From assembly GCF_000143415.4 (NCBI RefSeq), contig NW_003314346.1, positions 186,001-250,000 of the forward strand: a stretch of DNA of 64,000 nt, read 5' to 3'. Below are positions 24,367-38,637 of the stretch, piece after piece. Both the position numbers and the translations under genes were made by a program. The notes below the pieces were generated by a model. That model saw only the letters and a program-made list of their open reading frames with translations. It was not told where the DNA came from and made no database searches. The stretch's first letter is position 1, and every line of letters begins with the position of its first letter. The DNA is from Selaginella moellendorffii. Its lineage: Eukaryota; Plantae; Lycopodiophyta.

Positions 24367-25010
24367 GATGGCATGTATTTATTTAAAAATGTAACTTATT
24401 ATGGCATGGGGTTCCATGCCATTGTATTAATATTAAAAGACAATTCTTTGAGAGGATTTGCATTATACTAGAAGTGTTACAGCATGTTATTGGAAGTCTA
24501 CGAAGTTGTTTTATTAATAATGGGAAAGTAAAGATTGAATGGGGACTTGGGCTCCACCTAGACTCGGAGCAACTGAGCCAATATTAAAAGGATGGAAAGA
24601 AATTGGACGACGATGACAAGGAGAAGAGAGAGGTGAAGCAGTGGCAGGGGGAGGAGAAGTGATTGAGTAGACATTTCCTTGTTTAAAAAAAAATGGCATG
24701 TGCCTCAATGCAGTTGAATTTTGTTATATTTATATACTATATAAAGGTTTGGAAACCTTATTTTACAAGTGGGATAATGACAATTCCCACTTTAACGAAA
24801 TAGAGCTTAGTTGAAATCAAGTAGGACCAAGTAGGAACTGGTACAATAGGCGAGAACCTTGGCGAGAGAATTTAGCTAAAAAGCCAAGGCAATGTTGGTC
24901 GGATAGATGAGGTAAGCTGGCAAATTGGAAAGGAAAAATTTGTGGCTTACAATTTGGTATCGAAGCCTTTTCCTCAGTTCTAGCGAAGGATAGAGGTAGA
25001 TTTCTGGGAG

Positions 25011-27001
25011 ATGGCAAAGGTAGGGCAAAAACAAACCAAAGCGGAGATGGAACTTCCTCTAGAGCTGGAGCCTCTGATCGAACAAGAGGCTATGAATGAG
25101 GAATCTTTGCATGAAGAGGACTCCAGTGAGGAAACCTCCAAACAAGAGTCCGGTGGTGAGGTTCAGTCGTGCAAGGCTTGATTGAACGTTCTAGAAGGAC
25201 AATTGGCACAGACCAATGCCCTGCTAGAGACTCTCATACGCAAGCTAAGGCATGACGAGAAGCGGAAGAAAAGGCAAAAGACTATGGATGCTAGTAATGT
25301 AGAAGGTGCAGACCCTTCAGTAGGGACTAAGGTAGAACCAAACAAGGTCAAACAAACCGAAGTGGAATTAGTCCCTCAGGCAGTTCCCAAGTACAAACCA
25401 AAGCCCCCACCGGTCTTCAAGGGAGTGAATGATTATAAGGTGGTGGAGGATTGATTTTACAATATGGAGGATTACTTTCGAGCATTGCGGTTACCGAGCT
25501 TGGAGAAGGTCCCATATGCAAAACCATACTTGGCAGATAATGCCAAGTCTTAGTGGAGAATGACAGAGGCCAACAAAGGACCGGTGACCATTTGGGAAAT
25601 GATGAAGGCGAGGATTCGCGCGACTTATGTTCCTCCGAATGCTACTCTGCATCTAAGGGATGAGCTGAGTAGGCTGAAGCAAACCAGAACCATTCAAGAG
25701 TATGTGAATGGGTTTATGGCAAAGAGGATACTGGTCACGGATATGGGTGATATGGATGTGTTCCATGCCTTCATATCAGGCTTGCAAACCTAGGCTCGTG
25801 GTGAGGTGATATGTTAGAACCCGACCAACTACAAGGAAGCATTGGATGCGGCTATCAAGGTGCATTTTAATGATAACCTGCGAAAGGGGAACACAACGAG
25901 GTCGGGGTCCATGTTTAGCAAAGGGGCCAAACCAAGGAGAACATATAGCAAAGGGAAACTCAAGAGGAGTTTCTCTAAGAATGAGTCCTCGGGGTTCCAG
26001 AAAGGAAAATTCAATGGCCAACGAGCAAGTACATAGGGGAGTCAAGCAAAAAGAGACAAACCCATGGATAAAAAGGTCAAGTCTTTTAGCAACGTGGGAA
26101 ACAACGTATGCTACAACTGCGGTGAAGCGGGATACTTCTTGAGGGAATGTCCCTACCCGAAGAAGGCCAGAGCCAATATGGCCATTAAGTTAAGAAATCC
26201 AAACTAAGGTATATGATCCAGTCCCTAGCTCAAAGTTACTCATTACACGAGCAACTTTGGTAGAGAGTCATTTGTGACATCTACTAGCCCTCTGAGGGAA
26301 GCTCGGAAGTAGCTTTGTTAAAATCCTTATTGACACAGGTGCTTCGGATAATTTTGTGGCTGTAGACATAGTCCAGCAAGCAGGATTAACGGTACAATGG
26401 CTGGGTGAACCAAGGACGATAGAGTTTGTTCAAGGTAGCCAAAGCACCGATGAGATACTTCGACAAGTGAGAGTCGAAGTAGGGACATGGAAAGTAGATA
26501 TGGATTTCACCATGTTGGACATGGCGGGATTTGATGTAATCTTTGGGATGGATTGGTTCAATCGGTTCATAGTAGCCTTGCATGGACAAAGGAGGAACCT
26601 TGTGGTATTAGCGAATGCCCGGGGAAAATGATCTAGGGTGGAGGCTCAGGATCTAAAGGTAGGGCAATGTAAGGCCAAAGACTCCTGCTTAAACCTGGTG
26701 TCCACAAGTGGACAACTCACTAAAGGAACCAAGGTAGCATTTTTGTGGTTACTCTCAGTGAAGAGTGACAAAAAGACAAGAACAGAAGAAGTACCTTTAG
26801 TGATCTAGCGGGAATTGGACCAATTCTAGGATACCATGCCAGAGGAGCTACCAGCGGGGTTGCCCCCCACACGACCGATAGAACACAAGATTGAGCTGGT
26901 CGAGGGTGCTAAGGTGGTGGTTCGTCCCCCCTATTGTTTGAATGAAAAAGAACTCGAGGAGCTCAAGCGCCAACTAGAAGAGTTGGTGGACAAATGGTAT
27001 G
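25011..27001 (+). pseudogene. Decayed gag-protease of family B
   Basis: Collinear with 56944-58933 but with multiple stops and frameshifts. Confidence 0.9.
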
Positions 27002-30000
27002 TGTCGCAAATGTGACTTCAGGTATCGAAAGTTACCTGTCGACCAGTCCTTTCGGATATTCTTTCTTTACTGCCACGATAGCAGGAGGTTGGTATTGCTG
27101 GATCCATTATTAGTCTCCGCCTGAGCTAGTTGAGAAACTGGTCATCACATGTGCACTTAGACCGGTAGGGCACTAAGGAAGCAAATCTTAAGTTGTCATT
27201 TGTGAAGCAGACTTGACACGGTGATGAGAAACTCATGATGTTGACTTGCACTTGCTAGTGTTGGGAACCCCTGCAATATTGAGCTTGGTCCCTCAATATT
27301 CGCTAGATGATAGCTTACCGTGTCTGCCAAACACCCTCGCTATCATGCCCTTTGTGTTAGTCTCATTTCAGTCCCAAATGCTATTTATGAAAAGTGTCCA
27401 GATTTGCTCATTTGCATATCTACGGAATGTAGAGATCGGCCTGAACACAATGGAGTTTGTCCCGTGTCCAAATTCACAATCTAGGGACATTCTATATTTA
27501 GTTTCCTCAAGGGGGAGGGGGGGGGCTGTGGGGGGTTCCAAATGTATAGTAGGGATAGTGGGTAAGTCGGGCATGGCTGACCAACCTGAGGCATAGTCTA
27601 GCTCCCGCTTGCGTGCCTGTCCTTGTTCTACATCCGGCTTGGGTCTAAGCCCAAGTTCCATTCCATGCTAGCTGGTGGAGTACCCATGTCCTCACGTTAG
27701 GCCACCGGTATGCTGAAATAACGCCAGACTCCGTTTGGCTCTGTTTTGCGTGCTAGTCTTGGCATTAGGATGCTGGTTGCTCCAGGACTGTTCCAAGTCG
27801 CTCCGGGCTCTTGTCCCTTCGCTCCTTGGGCTGTATGCTTGGGAGTTGCTCCATGGTTCGGTTCCATCACTCCTTGGCTCTATGCTTGGGAGTTTGGCAT
27901 TGTTCCTTCATTCAGTGGCCCAAGGTCCTCAACCTCATATTCCACACCACTGTCCTTTGGACATGTGGCATGTGACACATGGCATCTGTCACGTGGCACA
28001 AAGAGGGTTTAGGTTCTACTTCGTGGTGTTATCCTATGGTAAATCACTATAGGATAAAGGATAAAAACCATGTGCACTACATTTGGTATCAGAGGATGAG
28101 TCTTGGTGAGTACTATCCAATGAGATTGGGCAACTATCTCATTGCATACGCAGAGATGAAAACGATGATCCAAGTGGCTACACGTTTGGGTGCAAAGACT
28201 TTGCAATCGTTCCTTGGGTATGGATTTGGTTACCATTTGTACCGCATTGTGTGAGCTTGCTCTTGGGCTCATAAGAAGGATTGAGTTGTACCGTTAGCAC
28301 GAGTTTGAGCTTGGGCTTGTGAGTGAGGCACATTAGCAACTCGAGGTTACATTTTGAGTTGGCAAGATTAATGTTAGCCTATCGGTGGTTCCATGAGATG
28401 TTCCATGTACCGTGGGTGAAAGTAAGCTTTCCTTGGGTTTGCTATGAGTGGCAAATAGGCTAGTTCGTAACTATTTAGCACGGCACTAGTGGATCCTTCC
28501 TAGGCATGATTATGGGAGAATCAATCAAGACTGTGGGGATTGGTCTATTGATTCAAGTAATCATTACTGTGCTCTCTCATAAACTTTTCTTGGATTGAAC
28601 TGAAAGTAGTGCGAATGCAAGCTTGAGGTTTAGTCAAGATGAGGCTGGAAAGAGAGTCATCAGGAACGAAGGATCAAACACGTAAATCATTTTCTCTTCT
28701 TGGAGAGATGAATTGCAACGAGGTGTTAACTCATTGCTTATGTTCACATCATGCAAACAAGAGTCCCTATCTTGATGCATATTGGAGATGATGGTCTTAC
28801 AATGGTGAGTTGTAGGATGGATAGCGGTGAAGTGCTATACCATTTTGTCTAGGCTTGCTATTGGAAGACTTGGGTTGCAATGCTCAATTCTTTTCCAGGG
28901 AACTTTGTTATTGCTCCTTGAGAAGCTTGGTGTTGGATTAGTGTTGAGTTTTGTTGGAAAGAGAGTGGCATGAGTTTGTCCATGTTGTGAACAAAAGTTA
29001 ATGGTGTTAGGTGTTGTAAATCTCTATTGATGGGGTGTGGCATTTATGTTGAATTTTGTCGAATTAAGTTGGCACTTGATATTCACATAAACCTTTGCAA
29101 TAATGACATAGGTGTAAGCGACTAAATTTTCCATTCTACTTTAGTCACTTAACCACACCTTCGACCACTTGGAGGAGTCTCACTCACAACCTCCTTAGCC
29201 CAATTCAGGACTTGGGACTTGCTAGCCCCGAGAATGGCATCCTTGCCACTCAACACTTGCACATGGTCCAAGTGCTCCACGTGTCCGGTCCCAAGACCGA
29301 CACCCAAAGGTACCACTGACATCTCGGCCCGTTACGCTAAGGCCATGCCCACTCACTTTTGCTGCACTAGTGGTCCAATACCACTGGCATCACCATCCCG
29401 TCTCGCCAAGACTGGGCCATGTGTCCACGAGGGGTCATCCTAGATCCACTCCTTAGCATCCTTAGGATGCCCACAGACTTGGGGAATCGCCTTCCCCAAA
29501 GTCCCTTTTTCAGTTCCTACCAAGTCCCTTTCTGCCCCTGGCCGTGTTTGACAACACTGCCACTGGATCGAGGCCCACAGGCCCGACCACTAAGTCCCAC
29601 GGTCCTCTGGGACTTCCTCACCTCACGACTGTGTCCTTGGTCACTACCCCAGAGGACTGCTCCTCTTCCTTTCCACAGTCTAGGCCTTTGGGGCAACTTT
29701 TCGGAACACCGTGGCCTTACGCGAGCCACCTGGGTACTCTCCCCGCCTTTCGCCTTTAGGTGCTCTAGCCATGGGCTTAGAGCGAGGTTCCGTTGAGCCA
29801 CACCTGGTATCCAAGTAGGTAGTGCCACCCACACTTGGACTGGGAGCATCGGCCAGTCGATCTCCCGGGGGAACTAGAGCCGGCTCTTGAACACTTCACC
29901 AAGCTACCCCGCTTGTCGGTCCGTGTTCACTCTAGTCTTGGACTTCCCAGTGGGCAGCTCATCACCCAACACTGGGTCCGGCCTTCCTGGGCCAAACTGG

Positions 30001-31971
30001 CCTTTCCTGGCCAAACTGGCTCCACTGCAGTCCTCCCCCTACTATACTTTTGGGGCTCACCAAACCCCCCAGGGTCTGGGAGACGAACGCTTTGGGCTTT
30101 CACCCTCTCAGGCTCCGGACTCAGACTCGGACTCGGACTCGGACTCGGACTCGGACTCGGACTCGGACTCGGATTCGGACTCGGACTCGGGCTCGGGCTC
30201 GGTCTCGGCCTCGGCCTCGGTCTCGGTCCCGATCTCGGTCTCGGTCTCGGTCTCGGTCCCGGTCTCAGTCCCGGTCTTGGTCTCGACTTCGGACTCCATC
30301 TCGGACTCCATCTCGGGTCCATCTCGGGTCCATCTCGGACTCCATCTCGGACTCCATCTCGGGTCCATCTCAGACTCCATCTCGGACTCCATCTGGGGTC
30401 CATCTCGGGTCCACCTCGGACTCCATCTCGGACTCCATCTCGGACTCCATCTCGGACTCCATCTCGGGTCCATCTCGGACTCCACTTCGGACTCCAACTC
30501 GGACTCCACTTCGGACTCCAACTCGGGTCCATCTCGGGTCCACCTCGGACTCCACTTCGGACTCCAACTCGGGTCCATCTCGGACTCCACTTCGGACTCC
30601 AACTCGAGTCCATCTCGGACTCCACTTCGGACTCCAACTCGAGTCCATCTCGGACACTCCCACGTGTCATGTGTTGGTCCTTTTGGGTCCCTTTTTGGAG
30701 CCTCGCCTTTTGCTCTCTTCGTGCTCGTTCCTCGAGCACTTCGTTGGGAGTTCCACTCCCGCTCTTGACTTTTCAAGTCGGAGCTTTTGGTCCAAACGTG
30801 TTACGCTCGTTTGGCTCTCGCTTCGGCCACTACCATGTGGCGCCCTTCCGGCTCCACTTTGGGGCCTAGGGATTTTGTGTCTCACAACTCCACCACCCAT
30901 AGATGAAGTTCGATGTCCTCATCGAACGGTAAACCCTTTCATAAAGTAACACCCACACGTGTTACCATTTCCATCCTTGGCACCTAGCCAATCTTTGTCT
31001 ATGGCTTGACATCAAAGGCTCACCATGCCTTGTCCATCCTTTAAGGAGCGTAGTCTCTCCAACTTAGAGACTGATTGGACCACATGTAATGGTTCTCTCC
31101 TTTTATTGGTTTAGTTCTCGCTAAACCACTTAGAGACCCTTCTCTAAGTCAATCCCACTACTCCTTCTCGAGTAGTCTCAATTTCCATCGATATAACCTT
31201 TGCACTTTGGAACTTTGAATTTTGACTTCTTGGAGTCAATTTCCTAGGTGTCTCCAACACCTTGCATTGCACAGATTGTGCGACTCCACTTCCCTATCCT
31301 AGGAAGTTCATTACTTGAGGGCACCATCATCCTCTCTTCTATTTCGTGCCACCTTGGGCACTAAGTTCCATTTATCACACTTTGTGCTAGGGTTGTCCAT
31401 CGCCCTATCATTTGGCTACCTTACCGCTCCCTCCCTTGGAGCTTCCACTTTCGCCAAATCGGAGCAATTCGGAATCCCTCCTTGGAAACACACTTCCTTT
31501 CCCGCAACTTGTTAGCGTCCAACACATTAAAGCTCTATTTCGTTAAAGTGGGAATTGTCATTATCCCACTTGTAAAATAAGGTTTCCAAACCTTTATATA
31601 GTATATAAATATAACAAAATTCAACTGCATTGAGGCACATGCCATTTTATTTTAAACAAGGAAATGTCTACTCAATCACTTCTCCTCCCCCTGCCACTGC
31701 TTCACCTTTCTCTTCTCCTTGTCATCGTCGTCCAATTTCTTTCCATCCTTTTAATATTGGCTCAGTTGCTCCGAGTCTAGGTGGAGCCCAAGTCCCCATT
31801 CAATCTTTACTTTCCCATTATTAATAAAACAACTTCGTAGACTTCCAATAACATGCTGTAACACTTCTAGTATAATGCAAATCCTCTCAAAGAATTGTCT
31901 TTTAATATTAATACAATGGCATGGAACCCCATGCCATAATAAGTTACATTTTTAAATAAATACATGCCATC

Positions 31972-33032
31972 TCAGACTGTTATTTTTTGCCTCCAACGCC
32001 TATACAATAATCTTGGAATTTCATCACTCTTCTGCTTCAATTTCTCCACCCACTCATCAGATACTAGCCTGTGGTTGTATTTGCTTTGGATGTCGATACG
32101 GCTCACGTCGATTGTATATACTTTGTTGGAATAGTAACAAGTACTATTATCTGCGACGATTTTTGCTGCCTCTTCTTGCTCTTTCTGCTCTTTGCGGCTC
32201 TTCTTTTTGGTGGGTGTAGTGTTCGAACCCGAGGCAATGGCATCACTGAGTAGCTTCTTTTTTGGAGCAGGAGAGTCGGACGTCGGCTTGAGCTTGACCA
32301 CCCTTTTCTGCTTCGAGGTAGTTTCCAGATCGACCCCCTTCCCCTTTGCTTCGCGAACTGGAGTCACTCTCAACGGCTCAATGTTGGAATATAGTTTTTG
32401 AACATCGCCGTAGGTGAGGTCCGTGGATTCCATGTGATCTTCATAGACCCGCAGCGTCTTTGAAATTGTGGGCCTCCTGGACAACCTCTCCCTAGCTCCC
32501 TCTAGGAATTCCTCATAGCCGCTGCCCCCCTCCGGGAAGCTGCTAGGATGTGCAAGGTGGATCTTGAAGGCAGACGCTGTCTCTACCACAAGTGCCAGTC
32601 CATATTCTTGCATGGAACTGCATGGAGTGTCTGTCACTTGGATGAGGATCCCCATGCATTCTTTTCTCCCACCATCTGTGTTGTACAGCCTCAGATCCTC
32701 GCCTTCCATCCCGAAAGTCCAACTAGTGAGCTCCTCCCCCTTCTCTGCATCCACATTGACAGTGGCTGGAAGAAGAACGCAATTCCTCGCCTGTTCAGAA
32801 ATGCACAACAATTAGAGCTGACAGATGAAAAGCTAGTAGCTGGAAATAACGTGAGGCCACACGCCATTCACCACTGCATCAGATGTCTTGAGGCTGCATC
32901 CTAAGATGGCGTGAGGCTACATGCCATCTGTAACCGGACTGCACTCGAGAGCCCAATCGGTGCATGCCAATGTTGCTACTAAATGGCATGTGGCCTCATG
33001 CCATTTTCTACTTGGCCTAAAAGACTTACCAT
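31972..33032 (-). CDS. Sola accessory ORF2, copy 2 (spliced)
   Basis: One amino-acid difference from 23527-24366; same ATG|GTAAGT exon at 33032-33030. Confidence 0.68.
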
Positions 33033-34263
33033 TTGAAGCCGAATGGAGGCGTGACAACCGGACTCGCTGGCGAATGTGCACTGTGTGTGCAGCGGATCGT
33101 AGCAGCAAGGCTACTCTGCCACTTACAGTTGGAGAGTGGCGCTGAAATCTCCCGGGACGCCAAGTGGGCTGCGTGTGGGTGGCGGAGTGGGCGGCGGAGT
33201 TAGCGGCGAAGTTACAAACTGGGTGTGTCTTGAAGTGGACGCCGATGCACACGAGCGCGATGCGAGCACGAGTGTGATGCAAGCACGAGTGGACGCCAAT
33301 GCACACGAGAAACCTGTAGAGAAGTGGGAGCGCGATGCGAGCGCGAGTGTGCGAGCGCGAGTACGAAGCAAAATGCAAAACCTAACCTCACACGCGCGAA
33401 ATGTCACGACGGTTGGTAATCCTACCACGTCATCATTTCTCGGACTTGGGCGCCACCATTAATTTCTGGATCGGCAAGCGCATGCGTGAAATCCAAAAGA
33501 AATCCGCAACGTCATCATTCCTTGGACTGCATACACGCGAAATCCAAAAGAAAGATCATGATTGGGATATCATTTAATACCCTCGCTATATTTATACCAT
33601 GCATGATTGGATATTCCAAAGCATCTTGTATTTCCAAAAATGCCAGATGTTCAGCTAAATAAATTGTCAGAGGATTTGATGTGACGTTCAAGCATGTGGG
33701 CTCATGCAATTTTGATCCCAAAAAATGCACCAAAAAATGCTCGGTGTCATCTGGTGTTATCTCTTGAATGGCGTGGGGCCGCATGCCATTTTCAGGAGCA
33801 CATAGGAGTATATTCCTAGAATATTCTGACACGCGCGAGATTGTTTTGAGTTTCCTGGAGATCCAACCGTTAGATCGCAACTAGATTTTACAGAATGGTA
33901 TACAATGTCCTTCTTGATGACCCTGCAAAGAAGCATCTCGATCGAACACCACATGAGACCACACAAGCCTTACAATGTTTCAGGGGCATTTGCCATAGAT
34001 CCGACCGTTATTTTGCTCCAAGATTCTACAGTTTGGTGTGCATTGACCTTTCCATCGACACTGCAAAGGGACATCACAATCAGATGCGGGATCACAAGAA
34101 ACCAACTTCACTAACTCTGGTTTCACCAAGATCTACGTAAGGAGTTATGAAATGAAAGGACCCTCTCTATTGAAATGTGTTTATGGTCCTAGGGGCATTG
34201 TGACATATCAAAGGATTTTGCATCAAGTTCTATATTTGCATGTTTATCAGGCTACTGAATTGC

Positions 34264-34294
34264 TAAACCCTAAACCCTAAACCCTAACCCTAAA
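34264..34294 (-). repeat. Internal telomere-type repeat, Sola copy 2
   Basis: (CCCTAAA)n run. Confidence 0.9.
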
Positions 34295-35590
34295 CATGTG
34301 GCAAATGCTGCGTGAAGAAAGATGCCCTTTCTGGGCAAATGCTGTAAGAGGCAGATTCCGAGCAGATGTATCTCAGGCCAGCGAAGGGGACAAACGAAAG
34401 CTAGCTATAAACATGACGGGATGCAAATAGATTACTAGGCTGGTCCTGCGAAAATCAAAAACCATAATTGAAAACATTGAAAATGCAAAAAGAAAGGTTT
34501 ATAATATTTTTGAATTTTAAGCAACCAAATGAATGTAAGTAGGGCATGTGTTTGTAAGTTTAAAAATGCCTCAACCACTTAAATTCCCAAGTAAATAAAG
34601 CTGTTTCTATTTTTGGTACATGTAAACTTTATAGCGTGTGGGCTCATGCAATTTTGAACCCAAAAATGCACCAAAAAATGCTCGACTAGCATTATTCTTT
34701 GAATGGCGTGTGGCCTTATATTGCCATAAATGGACGTACACACACAGCATAATTATTCCTTTACATGGCGAATAATCTTGGCGCGGATCGCTGACATGGC
34801 ATGGCAAAGTTCGAATCACTGACATGGCACAGCTGGATCGAGGCAAGGACATGATGTGACAAAGTTCAACCTCCGACAGCAAAGTCTAGAAGCTACTCAG
34901 TTTGAAATTTGTCAGAGGAATCATAAGATCTGGTTTGTCAGAGGATTTGATGTGACGTTCAAGCGTGTGTTATTTTTGAATTCTCGAACTCATTCCTAGG
35001 TCTATCATTTTTGTGCGCCGTGTTCTTGGTTCCGCTGAGCGCAGTGAGCGCTGCTTGTGTAAGCGGCGTTGTGAGCTGTGGTTTATGTGTCTACAAGCGG
35101 TTGCGACATTGCGAGCGCCATTGCGAGCGGCAGTTTATGCGAGTGGCAGTTTGTGCGAGCGGCGCTACGAGCAGTTGCGGTGTTGCGAGCGGCGCTACGA
35201 GTAGTTGCGGTGTTGCGAGCGGCACGGTCTTTGGTGTGGCTACCGCTTCCTCTTGATATTCGGCACTTGTGCTTCCTGGTATGTTCACCATGGAATGGTT
35301 TAGGACCACATTTAGAAATGGCATGAGGCCACATGCCATCTTGGGCCCTTGCAATTTCATGGCTAGCGTATTGTCATAGTATGTCTTGAGTCCCCAGCAC
35401 CTATGTGTTTATCATGATGGCATGAGGGCTCATCCCAATTTTGTGAATGCGAAATTTCACGTGGGTGTCAATAGCATGTTTGAATAATGGCATGTGGCCT
35501 CATGCTATTGAGGTTGTTTGGTATGTTATGATTTAGGCCATTCTCCAATCATTTTTTGTATGGTCTTAACTTCTTTTCTGCACTTTCAGA

Positions 35591-38500
35591 ATGGCCTTCA
35601 GGGTTGGGGAAAAGGTTTACATTTTGAATGGTGGGAAGAGAGTTGCAAAAGGGACCCTTGTGTCTATGGATCGGAACTTTGTTATACACTGTCAAAGGCT
35701 TGGGGAAGGCAATGCTGCTGTATCAGTAGAGACTGTCTTCGATGGGAATGTGGTCGCTATTGAACGAGGAGAGATGGTCGTCGGGGTAAATGTTGTTGTT
35801 GCCTTGAAAAATCTGCAGAAGAAAGCAGATGTTGGGGACAGCGCAAGTGCGACGCATGTTCCCTCCGTGGATCTTAAGAACCGTGCTACATGGATTCAGG
35901 CAAAGGTGTTTCTAAACAACCCCGAGGGGGAGGTGGTAGCTGAGGGCTTAGCCACAGTTGTCGATCCAAGAGATGCGGTTGCTAATCAAGAATTGGGCTG
36001 GGATGATATTGGAGTTGCGATTTTAGAGGTTGTTGACACAGAAGAAAATAGTCTGACTATTGGAAGCATTGTGCGGTGGAAATTGAGGCACTTAGTGTTT
36101 GAGAATGTGAAGGATTCACAATCAAACACCACTACAACTGATGACAGAACATCTCTTCATGGGAAAAGAAAGTACACCTTCCTAAAGCGCAGCCAAAGGG
36201 ATCTAAGCAACGAACCGAAAAGGCAGAAAATGGCGATGGAGGTTCGAATGGTCTCGACAGTTGCTTGTTGCAAGAGGAGGTGCTGTCAACATGCTGATTG
36301 GGATGCTATTGAAGAGGAGAGAGCAAGATACAAGACATTGTCCTAGAAGGCAGCTCGCAATTTTGTGTATGAGGCATTACGGTCATCTGTTGATGCTTCA
36401 GAACATCAGGTGGGGGGCATGGTCTTCCAGAGGGGTTTGGTCTGCATGAAGGCATGGAGAATCATTTATGGAGTCCCTCGAACCACATTCTACAGAATCA
36501 AAACTGAGTTCGAGGAACAAAGGGTTCAACAGGCAGTCCATGGGAACGACGGTATGCACAAAACCAGGGGTCATGTTGTATATGGAGAGGCAATCTTCAA
36601 GAGGTTTGTCGAGACATGTAGCGAGCAGCAACCACATAAAACCCGCCTCTTGGAAGATGGAACACGAGACACCCAACGAGTTCTCCCTTCCATGTATACC
36701 AAGGGGGCCATATTGGAAGATGTGAATCGGGAACTCCAGAGTAATGGCTACAGGAAGCTGAGCCAATCTAGATTTAGTAGATTGTGGAGCAACAGGTTCA
36801 GGGATGTGAGTATAGGAAAGTACTCCAGCTTTTCAAAGTGTGACGAGTGCACTGCTATCAAAATGGCTTTGTCGAAGAATTCTTGCAGCGCTCAAGAGCG
36901 AGAGACGTTGGTTAGAAGGCGGCTCGACCACAACATCGAGCAGAGAAGCTGCAGGACTGCATATTATCATAACAGGATTCTCTCCATGGAGAGACCTGAC
37001 TCTTACCTCTGCATCATCCACGACAAAATGGACCGGAAAAAGACGTGCTTACCTCGACTCAATCCTGCCCCCAAGGCAATCTCTTCATCCATGCAGCTGC
37101 CTGTGTCTCTGTTTGGCATAATCGCTCATGGGCATGGTGCCCAGAACTATGGGAACTTCTTTGTACCTCTATGGGGTGGCGGGGGTGCAAACATGATGAT
37201 TGCGTCCCTAGCAAAACACTTAAGGTCTCTGCAAAGTGCGCAGACTAAGCTGAACGGCCAACCCTTGCATAAGGCCCTTGTCTTTCGAACCCCATACAGG
37301 GTTCAGCTGGAGGAGGAGCAAAGGCTTGCAGTATCGCGTGGGGCCCCATGCCATCCCAGTGAATATGTTGGCCGTCAGATTGTAGGGTTATCACGTGCGG
37401 CCTCATGCCATTCCGACGAGGCTAGTCGCCCGGTGAATGCACAGCCTCATCCAAACGAAGCAGAATCTCAAGGAAGTTCTTGCGGCCGATGTGGCCTTCC
37501 ACCCCATCTTCTGCTCCAAACAGACAATGCTGGCAGTGAGAACAAAAACATGTACATCTTCGCGTACTTGGCGATGCTTGTTGCCAAAGGCATATTTGAA
37601 ACGGTTACACTTGGCTTTCTCATGGTTGGGCACACTCATGAAGACGTCGATGCCATGTTCAGTCACCTGGCAGAGTCCCTCCGGCGATCCAATGTCCTCA
37701 CCCTCCCACAACTCTACGATGAATTCCAAAATTGCATCAAAGGCACTGTTGAAGCTGCACTTGTGACAGAGGTTCCAGACTTTAAGGGGTTTGTAAGAGG
37801 CTACATCAGGGACAGATCCGAAATGCTGATTGGCCACTCCAAGCCTCTTCAGTTTCATTTCAGCATGCGTGACGGTGCTCCAGTGATGAGGTACAAGATG
37901 AGAGAATGGGACACAGTGTGGCTGCCAGTGGACGGCATTGAACTCTTCAAGAGAGATCCCATAACTGGGGAACCTATGATTCCTCAGGGTTCCCCACGGC
38001 CGATGCACCCGGATGGACTCAAAGACCAGGAAAGTATAGTGGCCGGGATTAGACAGCATATTGCCTTCTGGAAGAGGGGGTTGGTGTTTGGTGGAGAATC
38101 CTATTTTAATATCTGGATATCTGGATATCTGCTATCCAAAATGGGCCGGTTGTATATGAAGAATTGGAAGAGTCCTTTTGGCTAGAACCCAGAGCACCAG
38201 ATAGTAGCGGAACAATGTCCTCTGGAAATGCAGTGACAGATAACGATGTTGAGGAACACTATTGTGGGCCGAGGAACAAGAAGCTGGATTCAGCATTCAA
38301 TCCAGTACAGGTCTGCAAAGGAATGGTCGTGCTTGTCAGACCCAGTAATAAAAAACAAATGATATGGGTGGGGCGCTGCATCACTGATGCAGAGGAGGAC
38401 GCGGAAACTAACTCCTTCAATGTAACTGTGGAGTGGTTCAAGCCAAGTTCCGGATATACGAAGGATTGCCTAGAAAAGAGATGGGTGCTGAATCCAAGGG

Positions 38501-38637
38501 ATCCCAGCATGAGCATATCGGTGGATAATGTTGTGTATGGTTGGATGCGGAAGCAGAGTGCCACCATCACCTTGCCAGACCATGCAAGAGATGCAGCAAG
38601 AGCATTCATAACCCGGGTTCAAGGTGAGATTCATTAA
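35591..38637 (+). pseudogene. Sola1-like transposase pseudogene, copy 2
   Basis: TGG>TAG stop at 36344-36346; deletion with GATATCTG-repeat filler and frameshift at ~38108-38130. Confidence 0.88.

Larger units (their letters stand above)
14962..24808 (-). mobile_element. Sola1-like DNA transposon, copy 1 (intact transposase)
   Basis: 24-bp TIRs AAGCTCTATTTCGTTAAAGTGGGA; 4-bp TSD AGTT (14958-14961 and 24809-24812). The empty site AGTAGTTGAAA is present in the intact B LTR. Confidence 0.9.
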
